Assembly: GCA_002220235.1 (NCBI GenBank)
Contig: FO082265.1
DNA: 32,000 nt
DNA from: Bathycoccus prasinos
Taxonomy: Eukaryota
Reading direction: 5' to 3' (one strand)
Shown: piece by piece, positions 20,260 to 30,701 of the stretch
How the letters are laid out: every line of letters begins with the position of its first letter
How positions within the stretch are numbered: the stretch's first letter is position 1
The notes under the pieces: model-generated
What the model was told of the DNA's origin: nothing
Databases searched by the model: none
The model's input: only the letters and a program-made list of their open reading frames with translations
Translations under genes and position numbers: made by a program

Positions 20260-22116
20260 TTAATTACATCGCGCAATAATATCCACACTCCTAGAACCAT
20301 TGCTTTCAACTGCTTCACTGACTTTACCTTCAACAAATAAGTTTATCTGACATGTGTTAACAAATTACAAAACTTTCATGTAGATGAAAAATTGCTCTCA
20401 CCGTTTCTGTAAACTTGTTCAAGTTCCTTACTGCGAAGAAAAATCGTGACCATTGAGGACAGTCAAAATTAGCGAGAGATACGTGGAGTAATCCACCCTG
20501 GATATTTAATTTTTGATACGGATAATTCAACAGTTAATTAGATATTACCCTCATGCTTTTCTGCCATGAAATCAAACCTTCTTCACTTTTATATTGCTCA
20601 CTTTCACTTTGTGAAACTAGAAAGTACGTAAAAAATTTTCAAAATATTAATTCTTGAATCAGACCAGACATCATCAAATCAGACTTGCCCGAAACAGTTG
20701 TACTTGCTTCCTTCATGGCATTCAAATAAGTATCAGAGTGCATTTCCTTTTCTGCAAACCTTATACCTTAAATTTTGTAAGAAGTGCTTCCAGTGTGGGA
20801 ATAACTTTAATCAAAACAGAAGACCCTGTGAGGCAAAATTTGGCAAATTCCAAGGGAGAAACTAAAGAATACCTGGAGGAATATCTACGAAGAAAAGATA
20901 TACATTCTTTTTTCTATCAGCAGGTAAAAGCTGAAATGAACCAAAATCACTCTGCATTAATTGATTGTAGCAGAAATTCAAAATCGACTTAATTCCCTTA
21001 CTATTTCTTTCTTATGATTTAACTTTTTCCATTTTCCTTGGTAAAGATTATGTAGAAGTAGAGCACATTTACTGGAAACAAAAACATCACATGGCCAATC
21101 TGCTCCACACCGTTCTGACCAAAGCATTTTGTATTCCCACGAAGATGGAACACTGAATCCATTTGCAACCCTCTGCGTTCCAAAATAATTTTGAGAGCGA
21201 CATGGACCCTTAACAACTTTTTGATTAGAGTTGTTTGAATATCATGTGAAAAATAACCTTATACTCTTCTGGAGGTTGACACCATCCACCAGATGTAGCT
21301 AGCCACTTTGTCGGACAAGCTTGCTCGTAGTTCTGTAGAGGTGAAAAATTAATCATTGTTCTCAAAATGTTCAAAAAATCCGAAGTGGAGAATTTCAGTG
21401 CTGCTTCGTTTACCTTTTGAATGCACTCATCAACAGTGAGAGTAATTCCGATATTCACTTTCTATATAACTTCAAATTATAAAACTCGATCTCATAAGAA
21501 AAGCTGGTACATTTCTCCGTGAAACAATGCTTTCGTCAAGTTGTATTTGCCAGTATAGCATTACTCCGTAGCAACTGAATTGAGAAAATCCAGGGTCTCT
21601 CCCACTGAGCTGGAATGGAGTTATTGCAAAATAATTATGCCAAGTTCAAGAAACCTTAAAATCATTATTTCTTTGTGTGGGAATTTCTCCTGACTTTACA
21701 AATATCTAATTTAAGAAGGATATAAGATGATAGTTCAAATTAAAAATGAGTATACCGTAATATTACTTTCACTTCTATGTTCAATGCTATTCGTATGAAT
21801 AGTCAATCTCGTTCCTTTACCGATATAGGCCGACATTACTCTGTAAATATGCAAAAAAAAATATCCTCTACAAAATCGAATTCACAGCAAATACAGTACC
21901 TATAATTTCCCGAATTAACTTCGACTGCTAAACATGTTCCACGTTGAGAAGCACAATCAAAGTCCTAGGATGTGATTAATCATAGCTAAAGAATAGATAT
22001 AGATACCTTTTTACCTTCCAATTCTCAGAACTTTGATCCCATAAATTGAGTTGAATTGCGACACAGCGTGTTAAAGTCCAGAGAAAAATAAATACTAGCT
22101 CCTTTCCAGTTGTCAT
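20260..22116 (-). CDS. secreted cysteine-containing protein with a CPW-WPC domain, 14 exons, 388 aa (3' half of the model is tentative)
   Basis: Exons: 20260..20346, 20402..20497, 20549..20616, 20665..20710, 20767..20825, 20873..20951, 21002..21208, 21258..21332, 21414..21461, 21511..21609, 21655..21705, 21756..21840, 21900..21964, 22015..22116 (1167 nt in frame). Thirteen GT-AG introns are 45-81 nt. N-terminal signal-like peptide: MTTGKELVFIFLWTLTRCVAIQ. Exons 7-8 spliced give ACPTKWLATSGGWCQPPEEYK|GPCRSQNYFGTQRVANGFSVPSSWEYKMLWSERCGADWPCD. This fits the CP..W...C..P..Y.G.C...W...C..WPC pattern of the CPW-WPC domain, recalled from apicomplexan proteins. The listed ORF 21019..21216 is the wrong frame of exon 8. 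The rest of the protein is unrecognised. Confidence 0.6.
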
Positions 22117-22633
22117 TGTCTTGACCTTACTTCAATTTGAAGAAAAACACTTTACTTCTAACGGCGTCACTCGTTTGTATCATCACAGAACAGCATAATC
22201 ATCACTCTGTATTTAACATGACGTCTCTGCAAAATAGTATTAGTAGGGAGCGACTCAAGTGTCCAGAAAACTTCAATATTGGATTATCCAACTAAAAACT
22301 CAGGTAAAAATGAAAATGTTTACCTTTTCTCCGGTTAAATTGAACTTGACGTAATATATGTTAAATAACAGTACAGTAAAGGTGAATCTGTCGAGATAAG
22401 AGCTGACAAACGAAGAAGAAACACTAATAGAACAACAGTAAGAGTGCTTATTTCTTTAGTTCTCAAAGAGCTTTTAAGATGGATTGTACCTTTCTCTTTT
22501 GAAACGTCGACTATCGTATGCATAACTGTTTTAACAGTTTTATTTTTCTTCGTTTTCTTTCGATGCTGTCGTTCATTGTTTTTTCAAAACATTTATGTTT
22601 ATATATTTAAATTTGAAGTGAGTAGGTTATAGA

Positions 22634-22747
22634 GCTGGGATGCCCGAGTGGTCTAAGGGGCCAGACTCAAGTAAAATTTGCTTCTTGACAAAAATTCAAG
22701 ATTTCTGGTAGACAACGTCTGCGTGGGTTCGAACCCCACTTTCAGCA
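22634..22747 (+). tRNA. tRNA-Leu(CAA): tRNA-Leu(CAA) with a 31-nt intron
   Basis: Acceptor stem GCTGGGA / TTTCAGC (two G-U pairs) plus discriminator A. D-arm/A-box is CCCGAGTGGTCTAAGGGG. Anticodon stem is CCAGA/TCTGG with loop CT-CAA-G (anticodon at 22668..22670). The intron sits after position 37. A long class-II variable arm is present (tagacaacgtctg). T-arm/B-box is GTGGGTTCGAACCCCAC. A T9 tract follows. Confidence 0.93.
22672..22702 (+). other. tRNA intron (canonical 37/38 position)
   Basis: taaaatttgcttcttgacaaaaattcaagat interrupts the anticodon loop. It contains cttg and caag elements, of which cttg is complementary to the anticodon-loop segment CAAG. Confidence 0.8.
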
Positions 22748-22756
22748 TTTTTTTTT
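22748..22756 (+). terminator. RNA polymerase III terminator (T9)
   Basis: A run of nine T begins immediately after the tRNA discriminator base. Confidence 0.85.
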
Positions 22757-22840
22757 CGCTCCATTACCAGATTATGTGTTCCCGAAAATTGAGAGAAACA
22801 GGAAAATCTTGGAATGAGTGGTGGCGCGAAGTAATAAATA

Positions 22841-23881
22841 ATGGTTTTTCTATTCCACGTAACTGCAAAGAATAATACCTTACTCATCTGCCTTGTCCTT
22901 GGTGTCGTCAGGCTAGTCAGTTTTCACATTCAACTATCTCACTCGAATTCCAAGGGAGATAGTAGTCATGGAATACCTGGTGCTCCCACTGAACTTTCTT
23001 GTAAGACAGAGAAGACGGAAAAACCTGGAATTGATGAACTCCCCATATTAATGCCATTTGATAGAAGTAGGATGGGAAAACGTGGTTATCTAAGGAAAGA
23101 GAACTTATTCATTCACAAGGCTAACTTTCTACGGTATCATTCCTCAACCGTCTTCAAATCAAGAAACTTTGCAGCGAATGCAACAGAAATTTGGTCGAAA
23201 TACGCTTGGGATCGCTGTGCCTTGGTTGGTAACAGTGGGAGTCTACTTTCTGCTGATTTTGGAAAAGAAATAAATGAGCACGATATCGTAATCCGCTTCA
23301 ACCAGGCTCCAACCAAAGGTTTCGAGAAATTTGTTGGAAATAGAACTACTTTTCGAGTTCTGAATGCACTTTGGACAAATATTTACGCAAAAAATGTGAA
23401 GTTGAACAAGGACGGTAGCTTGGATTCAAGAGTAAATATCCGCCTCGGGGAAATTAGAAGCATCCCCCTAGAAATGGATGCTACCTTGATAATATCACGC
23501 ACTTCGGTAGAAAATTTTAATTTTGTCTATTCAGCCCTGCAGAAAAAGCGTATGGACGTTCGACTTCTGTTACTTGCTCCAAGAGTCGTGACTGCTGCGA
23601 AGTGGCTGTTAAATGAGTATCGCAGGCTCCTTTGCACCCATGGATACGGGCCTTATACGGGTGGTCACACACCATCCAGTGGATTTGTAGCAATATTTGT
23701 TCTACTCCAGTTATGCAAGGACATAGATCTCTACGGATTTGGAGACTCTGGGTTATCTGCAAGATATCATTATTATACAGGCGGGGGTCATCGGAATAGT
23801 GGAAATATAGTCCATAGTTGGGTTTTAGAGATGGAAATGATAGAAGCACTCCATAGAAACGATCTTTTGAAAATACATTAA
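22841..23881 (+). CDS. GT29-family glycosyltransferase (sialyltransferase-like), type II membrane topology, 346 aa, intronless
   Basis: N-terminal anchor: TLLICLVLGVVRLVSF. All four sialyl motifs are present. L: CALVGNSGSLLSADFGKEINEHDIVIRFNQAPTKGFEKFVGNRTTFRVLN. S: PSSGFVAIFVLLQLCKDIDLYGFG. III: YHYY. VS: HSWVLE (H-x4-E). Confidence 0.87.
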   Translation: MVFLFHVTAKNNTLLICLVLGVVRLVSFHIQLSHSNSKGDSSHGIPGAPTELSCKTEKTEKPGIDELPILMPFDRSRMGKRGYLRKENLFIHKANFLRYHSSTVFKSRNFAANATEIWSKYAWDRCALVGNSGSLLSADFGKEINEHDIVIRFNQAPTKGFEKFVGNRTTFRVLNALWTNIYAKNVKLNKDGSLDSRVNIRLGEIRSIPLEMDATLIISRTSVENFNFVYSALQKKRMDVRLLLLAPRVVTAAKWLLNEYRRLLCTHGYGPYTGGHTPSSGFVAIFVLLQLCKDIDLYGFGDSGLSARYHYYTGGGHRNSGNIVHSWVLEMEMIEALHRNDLLKIH

Positions 23882-23972
23882 TTTGTACCTTAGGTAGGAA
23901 AAATATATAGTAAATATTTCAAATAATAGTTGTCTTTCGCTAAATGCCCTGAGGTGAGAGAGGGATCAAACA

Positions 23973-25216
<1,244 letters not shown>

Positions 25217-25612
25217 TATTAAAGTTAAGAATGTTTTAGTGAGGTCTTCCAAAACTTTTTATGTCAAAAATCAGGAAGGTTCCCTCTCACTTTTAGGGTT
25301 TTTCGAAAGAGCTTAAGGCGAGAAGAGCGAAAAGGGAGTTGGGGGCGGTTGTCCTTTCACAGAAATTCCTCGTATGAACAGCGGGGTATTGTATTACATC
25401 TGAAACTTGTGCGTTAATAGTATCATATTGCACAATCGATATTAATACGTAGTTTACTTTCAAGTAATTACCTAATCTATCCTCGCGTTCTTGAGAGTGT
25501 ACACCTGTACTCTATTCCGCAAACAAAGACAAAAAGAGGAAAATTACACACTCGAAAATTCAAAAAATAATCAGGAACTTTTCGTGAAATACTTGACGCG
25601 TTCAAAAAAATA
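25217..25612. promoter_or_regulatory. head-to-head intergenic region (396 bp), presumed bidirectional promoter KdsA / AMT
   Basis: Lies between the divergent ATGs 25216 (-) and 25613 (+). G/C-rich patch at about 25310-25345. Confidence 0.5.
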
Positions 25613-27202
25613 ATGGCGGATCTTACAACAAAAGAAATACAGGAAAATCTCGATATATTATGGCTGTTAATCGGAGCGTATCTTGTATTTTTTATGCAGG
25701 TATGAACGCGGGTCGCGGGGATTTCCTTTTCCTCAGTTTTTCTTTTTCCCCTTCTGAATTTAAAACCAAAAAAAATGGTGTCGATACACCTCTTTCCAAT
25801 TTGAGAATTAATTAAAGACATATTTCTTTTTCGCCATTGATACCTTTTCCGTCGCGTGTAAGACAGTCACTAACGACATGTTTCTAACCAACTACAGTGT
25901 GGCTTTGCCCTGCTTGAAGCCGGTTCTGTTCGAGCAAAGAACACGAAGAATATTTTGCTAAAAAATGTTCTCGACGCTTGTTTGGGTGCCTTTATATGGT
26001 GGTTTATGGGATTTCCTATCGCTCTGGGGGACTCTTCTGGCAAATTCGCCGGGGGAAAGGTTAGTTTCAAGCATTTCAACTTTATTGCGTGCTAAAATTA
26101 TGTTTTCTTTCAGGATTTTTTTATGATGGACTTGACGAAAGAATTAACTAATAATCCCACCTATTTTGCCACTTGGATGTTTCAATGGGCTTTTGCCGCG
26201 ACCGCTGCTACAATCGTATCGGGAGCTGTTGCCGAGAGATGCAAATTTGTGGCATACCTAGTGTATACAACAGCTTTAACAGCTTTTATATATCCTGTTG
26301 TAGTTCATTGGGCTTGGTCATCGGAAGGTTGGCTTTCTGCATGGGTAAGTGAAGATGAAAAACCCTTCCTGAAGGCCAACGGGTTCATGGATTTCGCCGG
26401 ATCTGGAGTTGTTCACATGACAGGTGGTGCGGCAGCACTCATGGGATCAATTTTTCTAGGTCCAAGAACCGGCCGCTTCACGCCAGCCGGATCTGTTGTT
26501 GATATGCCAGGTCACTCGACGGTCCTGGCAGCCTTGGGTACTTTTATTCTTTGGTTTGGATGGTATGGATTCAACCCTGTGAGTACTCTCGCATTTGAGT
26601 ACATGGGTGACGCAGCTCGAGTCGCAGTTACGACTACGCTTGCTGCCGCAACAGGGGGATGCACAACTCTAGCAATCCACGTTGCCTTAAAGAATCCGCC
26701 AGACGTCTTCCCAGCTTTAAATGGAATCCTCGCTGGTCTTGTTTCTATTACGGGACCATGTCCTGTTGTTGAACCATGGGCTGCTGCTTTCATTGGGTTT
26801 GTGGGAGGATTTGTATACTACGGATCGAGCACGCTACTTAAGAAGTTGCAGATTGATGACCCCCTTGACGCAGCTCCCGTGCATTTCTTCTGCGGTATTT
26901 GGGGCGTTCTCTCAGTAGGTCTATTCGCTGAAAAGTCTTACACAAAGAGTGTATATGGAAAAGATGAGGATTCCTATGGTGCATTCATGGGTGGTGGTGG
27001 AAAGCAACTCGGAAACCAAATCATCGGTGTACTTGCAATTATAGGTTGGGTATGTTTCACGTGCTCTATCGTTTTCGGAAGCTTGAAGGCACTTAAGTTA
27101 TTGCGCGTTAGTGCGGAAGATGAAGAAGTCGGTCTGGATTCTTCGCATCACGGTGGCGACGCATATAATTTTGAAGCTGGGCGAGGTAAGACTGTTTCGT
27201 AA
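25613..27202 (+). CDS. AMT1: ammonium transporter, AMT1-type, 3 exons, 445 aa
   Basis: Exons: 25613..25699, 25898..26059, 26114..27202 (1338 nt). Introns are 198 and 54 nt. Junctions restore the conserved run ..[12 protein letters not shown]|[27 protein letters not shown]..|DFF... Further hallmarks: [62 protein letters not shown]. Confidence 0.93.
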
Positions 27203-27500
27203 ATGTTCGAACAGTCCACCTGAGTTTGCTCATAAGTTATTCAATGGATTACAGAGTTTGCGAGGTGAAAGGTTTCGCAAAGATTGTGAGTAATAAACCA
27301 TCTAAATCACATCAATCGGTATCATTTTCACTAGTGTACCCAGTTCAGGGGCAGGAGGCATCAAACTTCATAAAATGTGTAGTAGACTGCTTGAAAAAAG
27401 GTCCAAGTAGCATCCATAATGTAAATTTCAAAAACTGCTACGGCTTAACTGCATTAATACCTCTATGCACTGATCAATATTTTATCATTTTACTTAAATT

Positions 27501-29187
27501 TCATAATTTCCTACATATCAACCCAGAAAAGAAGTCGAAAGAGTTACCGTCTGGGCTCAGCTCATACCATTCTCCCCTTTCGCTCACTATTGAAATAAAT
27601 TAGTAGAGCTAACAATGCTTCAGCGCTGTTTCCTACCAGCTAGGAGGCAGCCCGTCGAAGACAGGCCTTGAATTTGCAGAGCTATAGACTTTTGCGAATC
27701 AAACTCTCTAAAATTAACTTTTTGCCTCGAGTGCAGCCAGTGACTCAAGTATAGAGGCTGCTTTACTTTCTTAGTGCCCCAAAACATTTCATGATTCTCG
27801 TACCTCTAAAGCTTTGAAACCCTTGGTATCGAAGATCTCATAGTAATCTTCAAAATATTCTGAATAGTATGATTATTTGTTTCCTCAACCAAAGCATTTC
27901 TTGTTTTACCTAGTATCTTCGCTAATAATTTTTCCTTCCCTATCTTAAGAAAGATTAGTTTGTACATCAAAATCTCTCGAACGAAATACTTTCTCTAAGT
28001 TCAGTAAATTTGGGGGATCTGAGCAGAAGTGTTTAGCATAAAAAAGAACGGAAAAGAGTATCAATCCTACTCCATTTTTTTTCCTTGTATTTAAACCCTT
28101 CAATTACAGAACACAGCAGAGAGTTAATACATGCTGTTGGTGCCTTGATAAATGGATTTGTGTCCCATGCCGAAGTTGTTTTATTAATCATTAAAATGAT
28201 ACCATATTATTCAAATTCAATCCGATTCCATTCGTGACGTGATAAACGCCATCAGAGTAGCTTGAATGACATAGAATACCACCTATCTTGCATAAGATCA
28301 TAAGATATACGATAAAATACCGAATTCTTTAAGCGAACCTTAATATTTTTATAGTAGATATCGTTTGGCCACTTTATTTTTAAATTTTCAATGAATCCTG
28401 AAGTGATGCCATTTTCCAGCAGCACAGAAGAAGCTTCCCTACTTATAGCCTGAAGAAGACATTTATGTCATGAGCATGAAATTGTCTTGCTCACTTTCTC
28501 CATATCTTACCTCGATTACAGCAAGACATATTACATATTGAATAAAAGGTAAATTCTTTGCTTCTCTGCAAAAAATTATTTCAATGTTCTCCAGTCTTCT
28601 TATCAAGATAGCAAAATATACCTGCAAGTGCAATTGAATGAAAAATATAATCCTCCAAGTGGTGATGACCACGAATTTTTACTTGAGAATATGTGAAGGG
28701 CAATGAACATATACAAAAAATCCAAACCCGCGTCCACGGCCCTCTTCCTGATAGTCTGAAACAAATACTACTTCAGGGGAGATGATACCATAGCTAAAAT
28801 TAAAAAACAACACATAAGGAGCAATAAAAGAAGGCAAGTATCCTTACTCTCTCAAAAACGATTGCGTTGAATCTACGGCAAAGCTTGTTAAAAGTATTCT
28901 TCCAGTAGTAACAGTCTTAAGTTCGTTAAAATACAAAGACTCAACAAAACTAGCACTTGTGAAAGAAGTGCACGTCTCTTTTCCCACAATTGTCCTTCCA
29001 TAAAATATGAGTTTACATGCTTAACACGTTGATATCGAACCTGACATTCGTTGGAATCTTAGAACGAATTTGTAAAAGAATAGATTCTGATTCCTGCTTT
29101 AAAAGGTTAAGAACATTTTACCCCAGTTCTAAATAAAATTGCCTCGGGAGATTTGCCGGTTATTCGGATTTCAGGAGTCGATGCCAT
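27501..29187 (-). CDS. biotin--protein ligase (holocarboxylase synthetase), about 14 exons, about 320 aa
   Basis: Preferred exons: 27501..27586, 27637..27757, 27804..27859, 27910..27943, 27990..28018, 28113..28143, 28203..28286, 28339..28449, 28511..28565, 28622..28681, 28728..28793, 28848..28994, 29041..29057, 29122..29187 (963 nt in frame). Splicing restores BPL blocks collinear with plant HCS as recalled: ..AVDSTQSFL..VVFVSDYQEEGRGR|GKNSWSSPLGGLYFSFNCTC|REAKNLPFIQYVICLAVIE|AISRE..LKIKWPNDIYYKNIK|IGGILCHSSYSDGVYHVTNGIGLNLNNM|APTACINSLL..|..KEKLLAKILEYFEDYYEIFDTKGFKALE|PLYLSHWLHSRQKV..IQGLSSTGCLLA|VSERGEWYELSPDGNSFDFFSGLICRKL*. Uncertain parts are the 17-nt exon 29041..29057 and the 28019..28112 / 27990..28018 segment. 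The alternative there is one 164-nt intron 27944..28107 with exon 28108..28143. Confidence 0.85.
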
Positions 29188-29760
29188 TAAAGTGTAGCTA
29201 CTGGTGTGAAAGTTTTAATATTTATGGAACTCAAAAAGTACATATACCGCTGGAAATACCCACTCACTCTAGTTTTGTTTATCTTTCGTGTTCTTCTTAT
29301 TTTCAATATTTTAGAAGTTGACTCGACTAACCGGAGGGAAATATTCATAGATTCGTTGCTCGCTTGCGTTGGGGAAATTGTGAGCCGAGGCGACGAGGCG
29401 ACAAACTCACGTACTTACACAATGTACAGGGAACAAAAAGTTACGGAGCTAGTGCGCTTTACTAGAAGGTTGTGGGAGGGAAAAAGCGCTAAAGGAGGGC
29501 CTGAGGTCTGCTCGGCTGGAGCATTGGGGGATGTCATCGTTTTTTTTGTATTTAGGGTTTTTGAGGTTGTTAGGAGCAGGACACTTGGTGAGAACAGAAC
29601 CCCCACAGCCCATTCCCACTCCATCGCCTTCCGACTTCAAAAGCAAGCACAAATTCGTTTTTATTATTTTGAAAGTTACTTTGCATTCACACAGGATGTG
29701 CCAGGCTATGGATAGAGGCATTTCGAGTATTCAAACTTAGAATTAGAAACTTTTCTCCAT
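29188..29760. promoter_or_regulatory. head-to-head intergenic region (573 bp), presumed bidirectional promoter BPL / pseudouridine synthase
   Basis: Lies between the divergent ATGs 29187 (-) and 29761 (+). A comparatively G/C-rich core (about 29380-29640) leaves several overlapping ORFs open on both strands. None has recognisable protein features. Confidence 0.45.
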
Positions 29761-30687
29761 ATGCTGAAAAACATAATGCAGCTTTCACTCAACTCTCAGT
29801 TTAAGCTTTTGAGTTTTAGTCAAATACTATTGAACTCAGCAAACAGAAGAAAAAGACTTCAAGGAAATTTCCATTCCTCGAGTAAAGGAACTTCTCTGCA
29901 TGACAATCGTTCTGAGAGGAGTTCTGCAGCTCCTTTGCAAAGGATTAGCAAACTTCTTGCTTGTAACGGTATTTGTAGCCGGCGTGAAGCAGAAATTTTG
30001 ATTGCCAACGAGCAAGTTCTACTCAATGGTGATACTGTGGTTTTGCAAGGTTGGAAGGCTTCAGAAGAAGACATCATAGAAGTTACTCAAGCTGGACAAG
30101 CTTGGCTAGATAGAAAAGTTACACTTGTTTTGAATAAGCCTCGAGGATATGAGAGCATGTCTTCGTTGGAAGTCAAGGCGAGTGCCTTAGCTTTAATCTG
30201 CAAGGAAAATGAACACTTATCTGAGCACAAAAATGAAAGCGAAAGGAATTTTAAATGTGAACAGGAAGTTTTGAATACTTTGAGCACAGTTGGACGTCTC
30301 GACAAAGAGAGTCGCGGGCTTCTGATATTCACTGGAGATGGTTCCTTGGCTAGAAAGCTGATAAATGTCAGTTCAACTCCTAAAAGATACCTTGTCACTG
30401 TTGATGAAGACGTACATAATGGTCATATCGACTTTTTGAGAGGACAATTGTACATAGACGGTGAAGCTCTTTTGACGATGTCTGTTGATTATATTAGTCC
30501 TAGAGTGCTTGCATTCACGTTGACAGAGGGTAAAAATAGACAAATTCGACGCTGTTGTGCAATGGTTGGTCTACGTGTACTTGACCTTTGTAGGATTTCT
30601 ATTGGGAGCTTTGAGCTAGGAAATTTACCTGAAGGTTCTTGGAGAAGATTGACGCAGAAGGAAATCGCAAATTTAAAAAGAACATAA
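29761..30687 (+). CDS. pseudouridine synthase, bacterial RsuA/RluB/RluF family, with N-terminal extension (probable organellar targeting), 308 aa, intronless
   Basis: S4 RNA-binding domain: RISKLLACNGICSRREAEILIANEQVLLNG. Catalytic-Asp motif: VGRLDKESRGLLIFTGDG. C-terminal family motif: EGKNRQIRRCCAMVGLRVLDLCRISIG. The first ~60 aa are Ser/Lys/Arg-rich and lack acidic residues. Confidence 0.9.
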   Translation: MLKNIMQLSLNSQFKLLSFSQILLNSANRRKRLQGNFHSSSKGTSLHDNRSERSSAAPLQRISKLLACNGICSRREAEILIANEQVLLNGDTVVLQGWKASEEDIIEVTQAGQAWLDRKVTLVLNKPRGYESMSSLEVKASALALICKENEHLSEHKNESERNFKCEQEVLNTLSTVGRLDKESRGLLIFTGDGSLARKLINVSSTPKRYLVTVDEDVHNGHIDFLRGQLYIDGEALLTMSVDYISPRVLAFTLTEGKNRQIRRCCAMVGLRVLDLCRISIGSFELGNLPEGSWRRLTQKEIANLKRT

Positions 30688-30701
30688 CGTCTCCTAATAT
30701 T

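Larger units (their letters stand above)
22117..22840. promoter_or_regulatory. head-to-head intergenic region (724 bp) between the CPW-WPC gene and the GT29 gene; also houses a tRNA gene
   Basis: Lies between the divergent ATGs 22116 (-) and 22841 (+). The tRNA-Leu gene occupies 22634..22747. Confidence 0.5.

Noticed and set aside
20654-20992. 112-aa + strand ORF (..EDPVRQNLANSKGETKEYLEEYLRRKDIHSFFYQQ..)
   Set aside because: It lies antisense to exons 9-11 of the CPW-WPC gene, starts at a non-ATG codon, and would break an otherwise consistent 14-exon model whose frames and intron sizes all close.
27226-27603. 125-aa + strand ORF in the AMT/BPL tail-to-tail spacer
   Set aside because: It begins at a non-ATG start, overlaps the last BPL exon in antisense (27501..27586), and has no motif content. 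It is treated as 3' UTR/spacer.
28622-28727. Apparent in-frame TAA (28679..28681) splitting the biotin ligase into two ORFs. I considered a nonsense mutation or pseudogene, stop-codon read-through, or a 30-nt in-frame intron.
   Set aside because: A 46-nt GT-AG intron (28682..28727) shifts into the frame reading GKNSWSSPLGGLYFSF, the conserved BPL motif. The TAA triplet then spans a codon boundary (GGT AAA). No anomaly remains.
29206-29715. 169-aa + strand ORF, plus overlapping - strand ORFs 29415..29624 and 29449..29721, in the BPL/PUS spacer. I also considered a Pol III ncRNA because of gttgctcgcttgcg (U6-like 5' end), ctaaaggagggcctgaggtctgctcggctggagca (faint SRP-RNA helix-8 resemblance) and a T8 tract at 29541..29548.
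   Set aside because: The ORF starts at GTG, has no recognisable domain, and three frames are open at once, which is typical of a locally G/C-rich non-coding patch. U6 ACAGAGA/AGC boxes and the SRP GNAR tetraloop and conserved pairings are absent. It would be worth an Rfam scan, but is not supportable from sequence alone.
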